From NCBI GenBank assembly GCA_030704615.1, contig CM060732.1:76322001-76386000 (forward strand): 64,000 nucleotides of DNA. Direction: 5' to 3'. A program made the position numbers and the translations under genes. Shown here piece after piece: positions 48,930 to 60,243 of this stretch (position 1 is the first letter of the stretch; each line of letters begins with the position of its first letter). The notes below the pieces were generated by a model, which saw only the letters and a list, made by a program, of their open reading frames with translations, did no database searches and had not been told where the DNA came from. The stretch comes from Takakia lepidozioides. Taxonomy: Eukaryota > Plantae > Bryophyta.

Positions 48930-51648
48930 TATGGTACATGTGTTCACGTAGAGTCCATCCTTGAACACACTCGAGAAGAGGTGCTATGTACAAGCTTTCC
49001 GTCCGAGATGGCATCATAAACCTTCTGGATCTCCTGTCCAAGGGACACGGTTCTTAGTCCTGACAACAACTGGGTCCAAGCTCTGACCCCACAAACTTGT
49101 AGAGAGGGTACGTTCTGCAGTCATGGATACGGTTGGGCGCTGGAAAAATACCCTCGGAGTCATAGGCTTCCCGGACAAGCGGCACTGCGGTGTTGATGCG
49201 CGGCTTCAATTGCTCCTCAAAGACGGTAATTCGTTGGAAAACAGAGGTAGTCTCGAGTTTCTCATTCTTGGGATTTTTAAGCGCGTACTCCATCAGCACC
49301 TCCCTAAGCTTCTGCATGGTAGGTTTGACTCGTTGCATCGTCCATGTAGCTGAAAACAGTTGGAAATCCACCACACTCAGGAGGTCCTTCTCGCATAAAC
49401 GAGATGACAAAAGCCCGCCACTGCCGTTTGCACTTCTTGGCATACTTGGCGAACAACGAGTTTGACTGTAGACTGGATTGTCTCCTCAATGTGTCGGAGG
49501 TCATTGGGCTGGCAGAGACCAACCAAGAAAGTGGAACTCATGAGTTTCAATGGTTTAATGCATTCAGGACTCTTGCTGATCACCCTATGCCCAGTGAATT
49601 CACGTCCTGGTTATGCTGCTCGGCACACTGCACGTGGGTGGTCACTGGGTTGGCCAGATAGTTAAGGTCAGAGAGATAAGACGCCATAGCTATCTCCCCA
49701 TCCTTCATCCCATAGTACTGCACCCTACTGCCATAGAACTGCAACAGATTGCGGGATGATCTAGGAGTTGAGTGATTAATGTTATTAATTACTCAACTTC
49801 TAGATCATCCCGCAATCTGTTGCCTCTGGTGAATTTCCACCTGTATGTGAGCCAACGAAGTCAAGACACCCCCTACCCCTCGAGCTCACATACTGGTGGT
49901 AATTTGTCCAGACGCAATCGATGTACGCAACTACAATCCGACTCCTGCTAGACTCCTTCTACTCAGTTGTAAACAACTAAGTTCAACTAGCAAACTTTGA
50001 GTTTATATAGTACTTACCTGTAGACCGTTTTTGTGAAGCGTTTGATGCACGGCCATCAAATATATTGGGCCTCCCTCGAGCCTACATATATATATATATA
50101 TCGGATAGTTCTTACCTGCAGACCGTTGGTACTATTTGTGAAGCTTTTGATGCACGGACATCTTTTATCGGAAAAGCTAAAAATACTCCATGGTTGTCAT
50201 ATGTGGATTTCTCAACAGATAAATCATTATATTTTTGGTTTGTTGCTATCGGCCTGGCTGCACCCTTAACCATGCATTCACTTCCTCCCACTCTCATCTG
50301 CACATGTGCTTGGACCACAGATGTATTGGGTCTACATAAGGGGGCAAGGTTCCAGACGCATGCTTGTGAAATGCTTCGTAAAGAAATGAAAAATTATTCG
50401 TCCGACGTAGGAGTTATATGACACAGCGTGTTGGTGTACTCTGGAACGTCATTATAGAGGATCTGGGAAAGAACAAGTTTATGCGCCACACACTGGAGAT
50501 GTAGCAGGCTTTTCTTTTCCACGGAAGCTGGGTGGTCTATCCTAAGGATTACGATCCCAGGTTTATATATGTAAATGAAGGAGGGAAATGACACTGCATA
50601 TGTGGAGGGTTCAAGAAGGTGGTAGCAGCAACTATGTGGAGAGTAGGGTGCGAAGGCCTTCCTCCAAGGTAGGCGTGGTGCTCAGAACTCGCTCCTGAAG
50701 ACTGAGGAGAATCTAGAGATTAGGGCTTTGAATCTCCACTACATTTAACAGATCACTCCGACGCCTGGGCTCTTGAGCACTTTCTGCTGAGAAATTAATG
50801 TGAGAAAAAAAACAAGAGGAGGTTGTTCGAGGAGTGGCTGGGGTTAGGTCCTCCGCTCAGATGTGAAGGCAGCCCGTTGTTGTAGTAGTCATTGACAAGC
50901 TCGGAGAATTGTGTAAACATCAGCTTTCCAATCGCAGCAATTGCCAAGCGCATGTTATCCATAGACACTCCGACAGGGGTTCCCTGGAAGTTTCCACCAT
51001 GAAGGGCTCTGTTCCCACCAGCATCAATGATTGGCTTGTCGTTCACGGAATTGATTTCCCTCTCAAGAGCGTGAGTGGCAGTGCGAATGGCCTCGACCTA
51101 GACAGAATACATTCATGAACAATGTTTTAGTTGCTGGGCTATTCAACCACCAAGCGGAACGGAGACCTCAACGACTAATTAAATTTCTGAGTAATGTTCG
51201 GAAGCATAATTGTCGCGATCCGCTCAGACAAGCTCGTATTCAAAAACAGTATGTGCTCAAGGCATATAACTTTCCGCTTTGAGATGGACCGTACCTGCGG
51301 ACCCAGCCATTGTGAAGTGCGCAGCGCTTGTCGAGCTTGGACCATCGAGGATCCACTCCATGATGGCTGCTGCCTCCATCTGACCTGGTTGGTGCTTTAG
51401 CTTGTGTGTCAAGGGGTGAGCGAATTCCGGTTTTCGTTGCATCAACTCACAGAGTAGGACCAGGACGTTGGCATCGTAACAAACAGTGGATGCCAACGCT
51501 GACCCTACTGCCGTTCTGTTAACGAGGGCCAGGCCTCCTTTGGCTGCAGCTCAAAGGGCCACTCCACCGATAGCGAGAGCTTCTAGGGCTGAAATCTCCT
51601 CTCCGTCCTCTGTGATAGCTACGGAGTTGGCCCTGGCAGTAAGAAGAC
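48930..51648 (-). pseudogene. PAL: Phenylalanine ammonia-lyase pseudogene, fragmented and lacking its 5' part
   Basis: Motifs [140 protein letters not shown]. It has several frameshifts and deletions, one GT-AG intron (~51292-51098) and a ~1.1-kb interruption (~50835-49720). No ASG/MIO exon was seen. Confidence 0.9.
49741..49823 (+). repeat. 40-bp near-perfect inverted repeat (hairpin) with a 3-nt loop
   Basis: Arms 49741-49780 and 49784-49823. The only two mismatches are G:U pairs on the plus strand. Confidence 0.9.
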
Positions 51649-52478
51649 CTGTGCAATTGCACGGTATTCTTAGTGATACAAATGACATAATTAAAGAATT
51701 ATGATAATTCATGAATCGTAGATGGCTGCCTGTGTAGTGCATGTTGCAGGTAGGGCGTTGCCGTCCGCCCCCCTTCCATGAATGACTCCTGCATTCAGCA
51801 ACCTGAATCACATGCACATGGCATCCTGTCAATGAACTGATCATCGAGATAGTGATTTAGGGTGCAATCCCCACTTGATCTAGCATTTACCTTCCTGGGT
51901 ACCAATATGGCACAAGTGTGTGCAGGTCATGAGTCTGCTTGTCTTACAATTTTCTTTCAAGAGATAGATCAATGAAGTCACTGAGGTGGACCTTTGGAAA
52001 CGTGATTTGCTTCGCATTATGCCAGTGAAGCTCTCTCCGTGCGTTATTGAGAATCCAGTCGTGGAATAATCGTACTCTAATTTGCAATCTATTCTTCCAT
52101 GATGAGAGGCGGTGCTCATGATTATCATTTTGGTTGGGTAAATTGGTGAGCATTGAACTCGAAGATTTTCATGTTGTCTATCATGTGAATGCTGAGGGAG
52201 GTGAAAGAGGGTGCTCAGCTCAAAGTGATCGTTCCAATGGAAGGAACACTGGCACATTTAGATGCCTTCACTCTAATCAGCGCTCCTCTTGAAGTCAATA
52301 TCTGTCAGCCCCATTTACGTGCAGGAATGACTTCGGTGTCTCGAGAAACAATGTCGGGCAGTTGCTAGCTCCAAAGGTGCTTGGAAGCTGTCGACCTCTC
52401 TCTCTCTCTCTTTTAATCTCCTGGCAAAGCTCCCCACTCTGTTAGGAATGCCTGGATATTAGTAATAAAGGGATAATT

Positions 52479-52620
52479 CTTTTTAATAAAGGGGAATACC
52501 CGGGAGCGACTGCTCACAAATCAGGCCCTTATACCACACCCGACAAAGTAGCAAGATTTCAACCCTGAATCACCTGGGTGCCACCGAGTGCTCTGCTCTA
52601 TCCACATGAGCTACCCACTG
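52479..52620 (-). mobile_element. tRNA-derived SINE-like element downstream of LRR copy 2
   Basis: A-box-like tagctcatgtgg, B-box-like ggttgaaatct, a non-tRNA body and an A-rich tail. Paralogous to 58841-59086. Confidence 0.6.
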
Positions 52621-52688
52621 GTGGTAAAATTTTAAATATAGGACGGACACCTCTACTACAGATGGGTACTTACCTACCTCCATCTGGA

Positions 52689-53777
52689 TTATAAACATTC
52701 CGAGCAGATTAGAGCAGACGGCGGTGCTTGCAGGCAGGGAGTGGAGAGCCACACAACCCGGGGTTTCCCGCAAAATAGTGCGCACGAAATGTGGAGAAGG
52801 GAGCGCCCTGAGGAATTGGTCCGGTCAAAATTGTGGGACAGGTATACACCCACCAAGCCTTTCATTGTTGCGAGGATCGTTGGGATGTGCCCAGAAAGCT
52901 TGTTGTTGTTGAGAAAGAGGTTACCGAGCAGCTTGAGTTTGCCAATACTTGCTGGAATGGGGCCAGTCAAGCCATTCGATGAGAAGTCTAAATTCTGAAG
53001 TTGCGTCAGATCGCCCAGGTTTGTGGGTAGCTCGCCAGTTAGCTTGTTTTTCGAAAAGTCCACGTGTTGTAGTGCGGCTGAGAGCTGGGTAAGAGCTTCG
53101 GGAATGCCTCCAGTTAGCTCGTTCTTAGCAATGTGGAGCCATGTCATGTTGGACAGTCGACCCAACGATGCTGGGATGGTCCCTGTCAAAGAGTTTGCAG
53201 TAAACATCAGGTAGATGATGTGAGGACCGAGAAAGTCAGGGACGGAGCCGGTGAGCTGGTTATATGCCAGGTCTAGGTACTCAAGATTTGGAAGATGACC
53301 TAGAGTGGTAGGAATGGGTCCTGTCAACTTGTTTCCTCTGAGGTTGAGAACGGCCAAGTGCTTGAGGTTGCCGATGGCTGCAGGAATTTCACCAGTCAAG
53401 TTTTGTGCATAGCTCAGATCCAGGTTGAGCAGCCGTGGGAGAGTAGCTAGAGAGCTCGAGATGGTGCCTGTAAGGTAATAAGCATCAGGGGTCAAGGTGA
53501 TCTCATCAGAGTACAGATTAAGCAGCATAACATGACCGTTGTTGTCACATTGAATTCCTACCCAGGAGCAGCAGTCAACAGTTGCCGCCCACCCGCTCAT
53601 CAGATTTTGGCTGTCCTCTGTGATTCCCGCTTTGAACGCCAACAATGCATCTCTCTCAGAGGCGAAGCAACTCGCGGCATCCGTAAAAATAAGGCAAGAA
53701 GTCAGTGCATCGACGAATGAACAGAACAGCAACACTGTCGTACAACTTGACTGCCATGTCCTGCCAGTTTGCCCCAT
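52689..53777 (-). CDS. Secreted LRR protein copy 2 (PGIP/DRT100-like) with frameshifted C-terminus, possibly a pseudogene
   Basis: Likely start is MGQTGRTW at 53777. It has a signal peptide, LRRNT (CCSW.G..CD) and plant LRRs LxxNxLTGxIP. A 2-bp deletion at ~52829 relative to copy 3 removes the GNPGLCG cap from the frame. Confidence 0.8.
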   Translation of the reverse strand: MGQTGRTWQSSCTTVLLFCSFVDALTSCLIFTDAASCFASERDALLAFKAGITEDSQNLMSGWAATVDCCSWVGIQCDNNGHVMLLNLYSDEITLTPDAYYLTGTISSSLATLPRLLNLDLSYAQNLTGEIPAAIGNLKHLAVLNLRGNKLTGPIPTTLGHLPNLEYLDLAYNQLTGSVPDFLGPHIIYLMFTANSLTGTIPASLGRLSNMTWLHIAKNELTGGIPEALTQLSAALQHVDFSKNKLTGELPTNLGDLTQLQNLDFSSNGLTGPIPASIGKLKLLGNLFLNNNKLSGHIPTILATMKGLVGVYLSHNFDRTNSSGRSLLHISCALFCGKPRVVWLSTPCLQAPPSALICSECL

Positions 53778-54289
53778 CTTGTCGCTTTGAGCTCCTACGT
53801 AAAACGATGAAGATCGTGAGCGTGCCACTTGACGTCTTTGCAGTTGGGTACAGAAACACGGATATACGGTGGCAGCATAGTAGCAAGAAGGAGAGGAAGA
53901 CAAGCAGCTGGAAGTCGAGGAGGAAAGGGAACTGATGAAGGCAGACATATAGGGTTTTGCGTGGAAAAGGTTGACTATTGGCAAGGACGATCACACAGTG
54001 CGCCATGCGGAGCTGCAGTTTGTCGTAACTGGAGCGAAGTAAGGTTTTCTGGGGCTCATAACTCAGAGGGTGTTCACGGTCGGTTGAGGTTGGGTAAAGG
54101 CAAGTAAAATTGATGACAGGGGAACCAGGGTCCCGTTGACTTAATAGTTTGGTCAAACTCCTGCAGGCCATGGCTGGCTGTGCTTTAATGGAGAGTGCGT
54201 ATGTGGTATGTAGTCTTGGACCTACGCGGCCGCGAGTAGGCACTAGGCATGACTTCAGATGGTTAAGACAAATTACACTCACTCACTGA

Positions 54290-55931
54290 CGCCAGCCCAC
54301 CAACATACGTAGACCTGAATGTGTTAAAAATCGCTTCTTTACATTGCAGCTACGGTTCACAGACAGAATGATGGTTTTCCAGTCTACACATCAACACATA
54401 CCTACTCGTTTGGAGAAAATTTGTGAACTTTCTCCCTAATTTTACTAAAATTGAAATTGTACACAGGATATTTCACCAAAACTTAGTTTCAATCATCATA
54501 GCCATGCACATATCCATTTACCATATCTATGAACATTCAACTATTCGTTACAGTTTGTATCAAATACGATGTTTGTTAATCTGATTTGATACAAGATCGC
54601 TTCCTGACATGAAATGTATTGTGATTGTTATATTACTGAGACAACTGTAGTTGCATCGACAGCCTCTACGAGCAGAGGAAGCAGTGAAATAACAGTTATC
54701 ACATTGAGAGTACATTGTCCGTTCAGCTTCGAGGAACAGCACTTCGGAGATGTGATAGATGCATAAAGAGAATGACGATGGACAATTATCACTTGATGAA
54801 TCATGTATATTTCATATCTCTTCCTCACGACTACCACCATGCCTTTTCAGTATCTGAGAGGTATAGGTACGAAGTAAAATCAACATTTAAGAAAATTAGG
54901 CTACGTACTACGTTTCAGCTACGTTTTATTCGGACGGGCCATTCCCCTCCCTCCCTGTGCTTCCCCAATCGAAACTGTCCAGAGTCTAGTGTTGATGAGA
55001 TCTGGTCTAGCACAACATTAGGCCGTCCGTCTTCCAACTGCCCGGTAGTCTGGACTGTTACGCCCAGCATCTCAAAATGTACTGTGAAAAGGAGTTCTTC
55101 AAGCTCACCGCTTCGAGATGAGGTCTGCATATTCGATACCACAAGCCCAGGGGGTAAGATGACTCTGTCACACCAAGGATGTTACAGACCTGTAACAGTC
55201 AGTCATAATATAGCTGGAATCCACGAGATCTTCAAACAGATAAACTGATATGAAAGGGCGAGCCTAACCTCTCTTCACTGCATGACGATGATGAGCTTTG
55301 ATGTCCTCAACCTGTCCTCAAGTGCATTTTCAAGACGTCATGCGAAACTTCTCCGAATTTCTTAAGTTCAGTGAGGTGCTGATGCAACTTCGCATGGAAA
55401 CATTGAAATATACCGAGGAAATTCACGTTAGAAATTGACGTAACAAATTGACCTATTGTAGTATGTAGTTACCATAAGGGGAAGCAACCGACTCCCCAAC
55501 CCACTAGCCGGTTGGTTCTCGGACTGAGGGGCCACGGTCGGGTGGTTCAACTCAAATTATTCCCCGGACGCACCAATTTGAGGATCGAGCCTCCTCCAGC
55601 AATCAAGACTGCTAATCGTCCCACACGGTTGCCTTAATCAGAAATTTAAGCGGGCACTCGAACGTCCTGCCGCCAAACAGCCAAATGGTCACGTGGGTAG
55701 TGGTGATTAGTATTGTCCTTAGTCGAGTGTGCGCGTATAACTGGAACCTAAGATCGGTGTCAGTGAAAGTTAGAGGAGAGACAGTCTACTGTCAACTTGC
55801 ACACAGGTCATGAAGAAGGGAGCATCTAGGAATACAGGAATCAAGGTATCGACTATTAGCCCCAAGCGAAGAGCATGGGTCGGTGACATCATACGCGTGC
55901 ATCACATGATCTGTACATTTAGTATGATACC
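54290..55931 (-). repeat. Inverted, internally deleted duplicate of the 10.7-14.2 kb locus
   Basis: 55931-55576 matches ~10728-11120, 55400-55250 matches ~13020-13180, and ~55225-54290 matches ~13260-14190 (all reverse complement). Exons 1-5 of the unknown gene are replaced by ~175 bp of unrelated sequence. Confidence 0.88.
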
Positions 55932-56714
55932 TTCCAACCCTTTCTTTTTCATTTCTGCAGAGGTGTGGAGGTGGCTACAAAATGTATAGAATAAGTGCAG
56001 AGGTGGCGACTATATGTCCACCTGGATCCTACCTGGCTACAGGTATGCTGATCTACTATACAATTTGGCGATTTTCGTACATCATGTATATATTGCATGG
56101 GCGACACATCTGCAAATGGGGGCCGAAATAGGTGGGCTCCATGAGCCCGTGTATTGTTGCAAACTGGCTATCATTAAAACGCCAAGGTATCATTTCAGGC
56201 ACCATAGCCCAATTTCAAAGAGCAATATGGCGCTATTGACTAAAGTGAAACAACGCTGGAAGCCATGATGCCAGCGGCTGATAACCAGCCCTACCATTTT
56301 ACGCCATATTCAGCCTAAAAGCACCAAAATAACCAAAATAACCATGTTTCATATATGTTTTAGTGGCTAGTATCCATGATGTCAGTGGCTCACATCACTC
56401 AGTGGCGGCTGGGAGCCATGATACGAGCGGCTCATGACCATGTCTCATGTATATTAATATCGATGTTTTAGTGGCTGGTGTCCATGATTTTAGTGGCTCA
56501 GATGTTTTATCCCCTTGCAAGTTGGGACTCACCATAGTCGATTGCCGGTAGAAATTGTCTATCCAAGCTCAAATAATATGGCGCCGAGGAAGTGGCGATC
56601 GACTAGCTCCAATCGACGAAATGTATGACATTAATATGTTAACTTGGCAACCAGCATGTTTCTTCGACATGAAATTGTTGATTGGATTGTCAAATGAACA
56701 ACTTTTTGTTCATG

Positions 56715-57400
56715 TGTTACATATTAATGATGAAGCATGACCCTCCATTAGGACAAATAGATCTACTGAAGTACGGGAGTTACATAGCAACCGTATTCAT
56801 GGTGCATACAATTTTTAGATAGTGGGGGCATAAGCAGTCAAAGCAAAAGTTGTGGGACCACTGTATATATTGGGGAGATACGTGAATGAAAACATTTGCT
56901 TCTGTTCCTCCAATACAGTGATCTCTACATGGTATCAAAGCGTGGTGATCAATGTAACAAAGTTCGTTTTTTGAAAGAAATTGTTAGACTTAGCTGTAAG
57001 GACCAATAGAACTAGATTATTTGTGACAAGGCTCACAATCTTAAACCACCATGAGTTTCAGTTGGGGATGCTTCCAAGCTAGAACCAAAACTACCGTGTC
57101 TGTAGCTTCAAGCTCGTGAACATGCCAGCTGACACGTGAAGACCTATGGGAGGTAGTGGAGCCTACACGAAGAACGTTGATCCTAGCCTCGGACGAAGAG
57201 ATGGCTGTTCTCAAAGTACGTCGCAGACAGAAGGCACTAACGATGATGGCTGAGAACATCGCAGACAGAAGGCACTAACGATGATGGCTTTGTCTGTGTA
57301 AGACAACATAATCCCTCATTTAGCCAATATCACCTAACCTCACCACTGGTGGGCAATCTTAAAGGAGGTGTCTGCCTATATAACACTTGTTGGTGACCAT
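56715..57400 (+). mobile_element. Degenerate Ty1/copia remnant (5' LTR, PBS, start of gag)
   Basis: An LTR-like segment ends ...ctaca at 56929, followed by the tRNA-iMet PBS-like tggtatcaaagc (56930-56941). Gag-like peptides REDLWEVVE and RRQKALTMMALSV*DNIIPHLANIT. A 30-nt internal duplication lies at ~57222/57260. The 5' LTR start is approximate. Confidence 0.75.
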
Positions 57401-58840
57401 TTGAAAATGCAAATGAGATAGACTCCCACATCTTCCAATTGCAAAAAACCCATGCACTTGTTTTGAATGAACTTTTGCAAATCTTCAAACAGACCGAGAT
57501 CAACATCATGTCCACCAATTCCAATCATGCATAATAGCTCAAGTACAACTTGCCCTGTTTTGTCTGCTCTAGGTTCTTACTTTGGACACCTCTACGCTTC
57601 ACCAACGTTGTGATAGCTATGGGCATACTCTCCATCTTACATATTCCCTCTTCTCAAGTATCCACTTCAAACTAACGTACTAGACATTTACCGCTTTCAC
57701 ACAAAGTCCTGCCAAACCAATGCTCACCTTCTTCCGTTGCTTTCATGCCTATAGTCAAGTGGCATTTCCTGAACATGCAATAGTCATGCAAATAGCCATG
57801 TGGGCACGACATGCAATAGCCGGGTAGAGCCTGCGTCCAATCGCCGCCATGTGGCCCCCATGCAGACGCCACTTAAATTGAGACAACATTTACACATTTA
57901 GCCTAAGTTGGTTATTTTTATTTTTGAATGGATTGGGGAACATATCGATTCAATAGTCCCAGCTAAACATGATTGATTTGGGCAGGCTTGTCCAAATATG
58001 ACAAGTCCTATCGAGAACAGTAGTTAATATGACGAATTGGAATTTGTATGATAAATGTTATTAATTATTTTTTGAATAAAAAGTTATATTGTAAAATAAT
58101 TATGGTGAAATATCTTATAATAATTGTAGCTTTATCGTTTGTTTGGAGGCGAAATAAAAATGTACTCAATACATAATTCGTCCATTTATATGAGATCATA
58201 AAATTATTGATCTTTGCAAATAGTAAACACAACACGTTGTCATATTATATATTTATATGTGCGGCGCTCATAACCATTTTTATTTTATTCTCAAGTCATG
58301 AAGAGTAAGCTATCAATATAGTCCAAAGAAAGCCTCAATATGAAATAACTTTGAATAACTCGATATTTGATATTTTATGAGATCAACTTGACATTCAAAA
58401 TTTGACCATAATACAACAAATCAACAAACAATCGCCAACAATGTATCAGCAATTGACACTACCATATAGGCAGGATTATAAATAAAATTATTAAAACAAA
58501 CCGAAATATGTATTTTATTTATTATTTATTTATTTATTTATTAACATTTCAAAAATGAATGCAAAGTATCGACACTGGTATTTTTGTGTCCTTGACTTCA
58601 ATAGGAATAATAAAACAAATATCGGATACAAGCAATTAATGTGAAAAAATAAAGTGGAAGGAAGCTGAAGGGATAAATCTGCAGGGAAGTGAATATTATG
58701 GAACTGAAGGGAACTGCATGACAGGAGGTGAGTATAATGTAACACATGATAACACCGAAGGGATAAAATTGCTGGAAACTGAATACCATCCAACTACTTC
58801 CCTTAGGAATGAATGGGTAATGAATGAATGAAGGGATAAT

Positions 58841-59086
58841 ATTTTATTTTGTAAAGGGGATCAATACCCCGGAGCTGACTGCTCACAAATCAGGGCCCTT
58901 AATTATAGTGAGAGGAGAAAATAACATCTTTCTGGTAACCTTGCCATGAGGCGCCGAGCACGAGGCTCAAGGGACACTGCCCAAGGGAGGGGGGAGAAGA
59001 TTATACCACACCCGACAAGGTAGCAGGATTTGAGCCCAGAATCACCTGGGTGCCACTGAGTTCTCTATCCAACTGAGCTACCGACT
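58841..59086 (-). mobile_element. tRNA-derived SINE-like element downstream of LRR copy 3, with a ~100-nt secondary insertion
   Basis: A-box tagctcagttgg (59080-59069) and B-box-like ggctcaaatcc (59036-59026). The acceptor and anticodon stems do not pair cleanly, so it is not a tRNA gene. Confidence 0.65.
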
Positions 59087-59172
59087 GGTAGTAAAATGTT
59101 AAATATACGACGGAGCCCTCTAGTGCAGATGGGTATTTGGCTCCCATCTGGATTGCAAACATTCCGAGCAGA

Positions 59173-60243
59173 TCAGAGCAGACGGCGGTGCTTGCAGGCA
59201 GGGAGTGGAGAGCCACACAGCCCGGGGTTTCCCGCAAAATAGTCCGAAGGAAATGTGGAGAAGGGAGCGCCCTGAGGAATTGGTCCGGTCAAACGATTGT
59301 AGGACAGGTCCACACCCACCAAGTCTTTCAGTGTTGCGAGGATCGCTGGGATGTGCCCAGACAGCTTGTTGTTGTTGAGCCTGAGGTTACCGAGCCCCTT
59401 GATTTTGCCAATACTTGCTGGAATGGGGCCAGTCAAGCCATTCGATGAGAAGTCTAAATTCTGAATATGCGTCAGATCGCCCAGGTTTTTGGGTAGCTTC
59501 CCTGTTAGCTTGTTTTGCGAGAAGTCCACGAATTGTAGTGTGGCTGCGAGCTGGGTAAGAGCTTCGGGAATGCCTCCAGTTAGCTCGTTCTGATCAATGT
59601 AGAGCCATGTGATGTTGGACAGTCGACCCAACGATGCTGGGATGGTCCCTGTCAGAGAGTTTCCAGAGAACATCAGGTAGTTGATGTGAGGACCGACAAA
59701 GTCAGGGATGGAGCCGGTGAGCTGGTTATATGCCAGGTCTATGAACTCAAGATTTGGAAGATGACCTAGAGTGGTAGGAATGGGTCCTGTCAGCTTGTTT
59801 TTCCTGAGGTTGAGAAACGTCACGTGCACGAGGTTGCCGATGCCTACAGGAATTTCACCAGTCAAGTTTTGTGCATAGCTCAGATCTAGGTACTGCAGCC
59901 GTGGGAGAGCAGCTAGAGAGCTCGAGATGGTGCCCGTGAAGAAGTAAGCATCAAGGTTCACAGTGTCATCCCCAGGGTACAGATCAAGCTGCACGACATG
60001 ACCCTTGTTGTCACATTGAACTCCCCACCACGAGCAGCAATCGACAGTTGCCGCCCACCCGCTGATCACATTTTGGCTGTCCTCCGTGATTCCCGCTTTG
60101 AACGCCAACAATGCATCTCTCTCGGCGGCCAAGCAACTCGCGGCATCAGTGGAAATAATGCGAGAGGTCAGTGCAACGACAAATGAACAGAACAGCAACA
60201 TTGTCGTACACCTTGTTTGCCATGTCCTGCCAGTTTGCCCCAT
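59173..60243 (-). CDS. Secreted leucine-rich-repeat protein (PGIP/DRT100-like), 356 aa, intact, single exon
   Basis: Signal peptide, LRRNT cap (ERDALLAFKAGI..DCCSWWGVQCD), about nine plant-specific LRRs and the C-cap FAGNPGLCGSPLPAC. No transmembrane or kinase domain. Confidence 0.92.
   Translation of the reverse strand: MGQTGRTWQTRCTTMLLFCSFVVALTSRIISTDAASCLAAERDALLAFKAGITEDSQNVISGWAATVDCCSWWGVQCDNKGHVVQLDLYPGDDTVNLDAYFFTGTISSSLAALPRLQYLDLSYAQNLTGEIPVGIGNLVHVTFLNLRKNKLTGPIPTTLGHLPNLEFIDLAYNQLTGSIPDFVGPHINYLMFSGNSLTGTIPASLGRLSNITWLYIDQNELTGGIPEALTQLAATLQFVDFSQNKLTGKLPKNLGDLTHIQNLDFSSNGLTGPIPASIGKIKGLGNLRLNNNKLSGHIPAILATLKDLVGVDLSYNRLTGPIPQGAPFSTFPSDYFAGNPGLCGSPLPACKHRRLL

Noticed and set aside
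53778-53984. N-terminal extensions of the LRR ORFs (also 48230-48409)
   Set aside because: Not conserved in frame among the three copies. The shared start is MGQTGR, directly before the signal peptide.
59020-59086. Possible tRNA gene (and paralogue at 52545-52620)
   Set aside because: A and B boxes are present but the acceptor and anticodon stems do not pair, and a non-tRNA body with an A-rich tail follows. Treated as a SINE.
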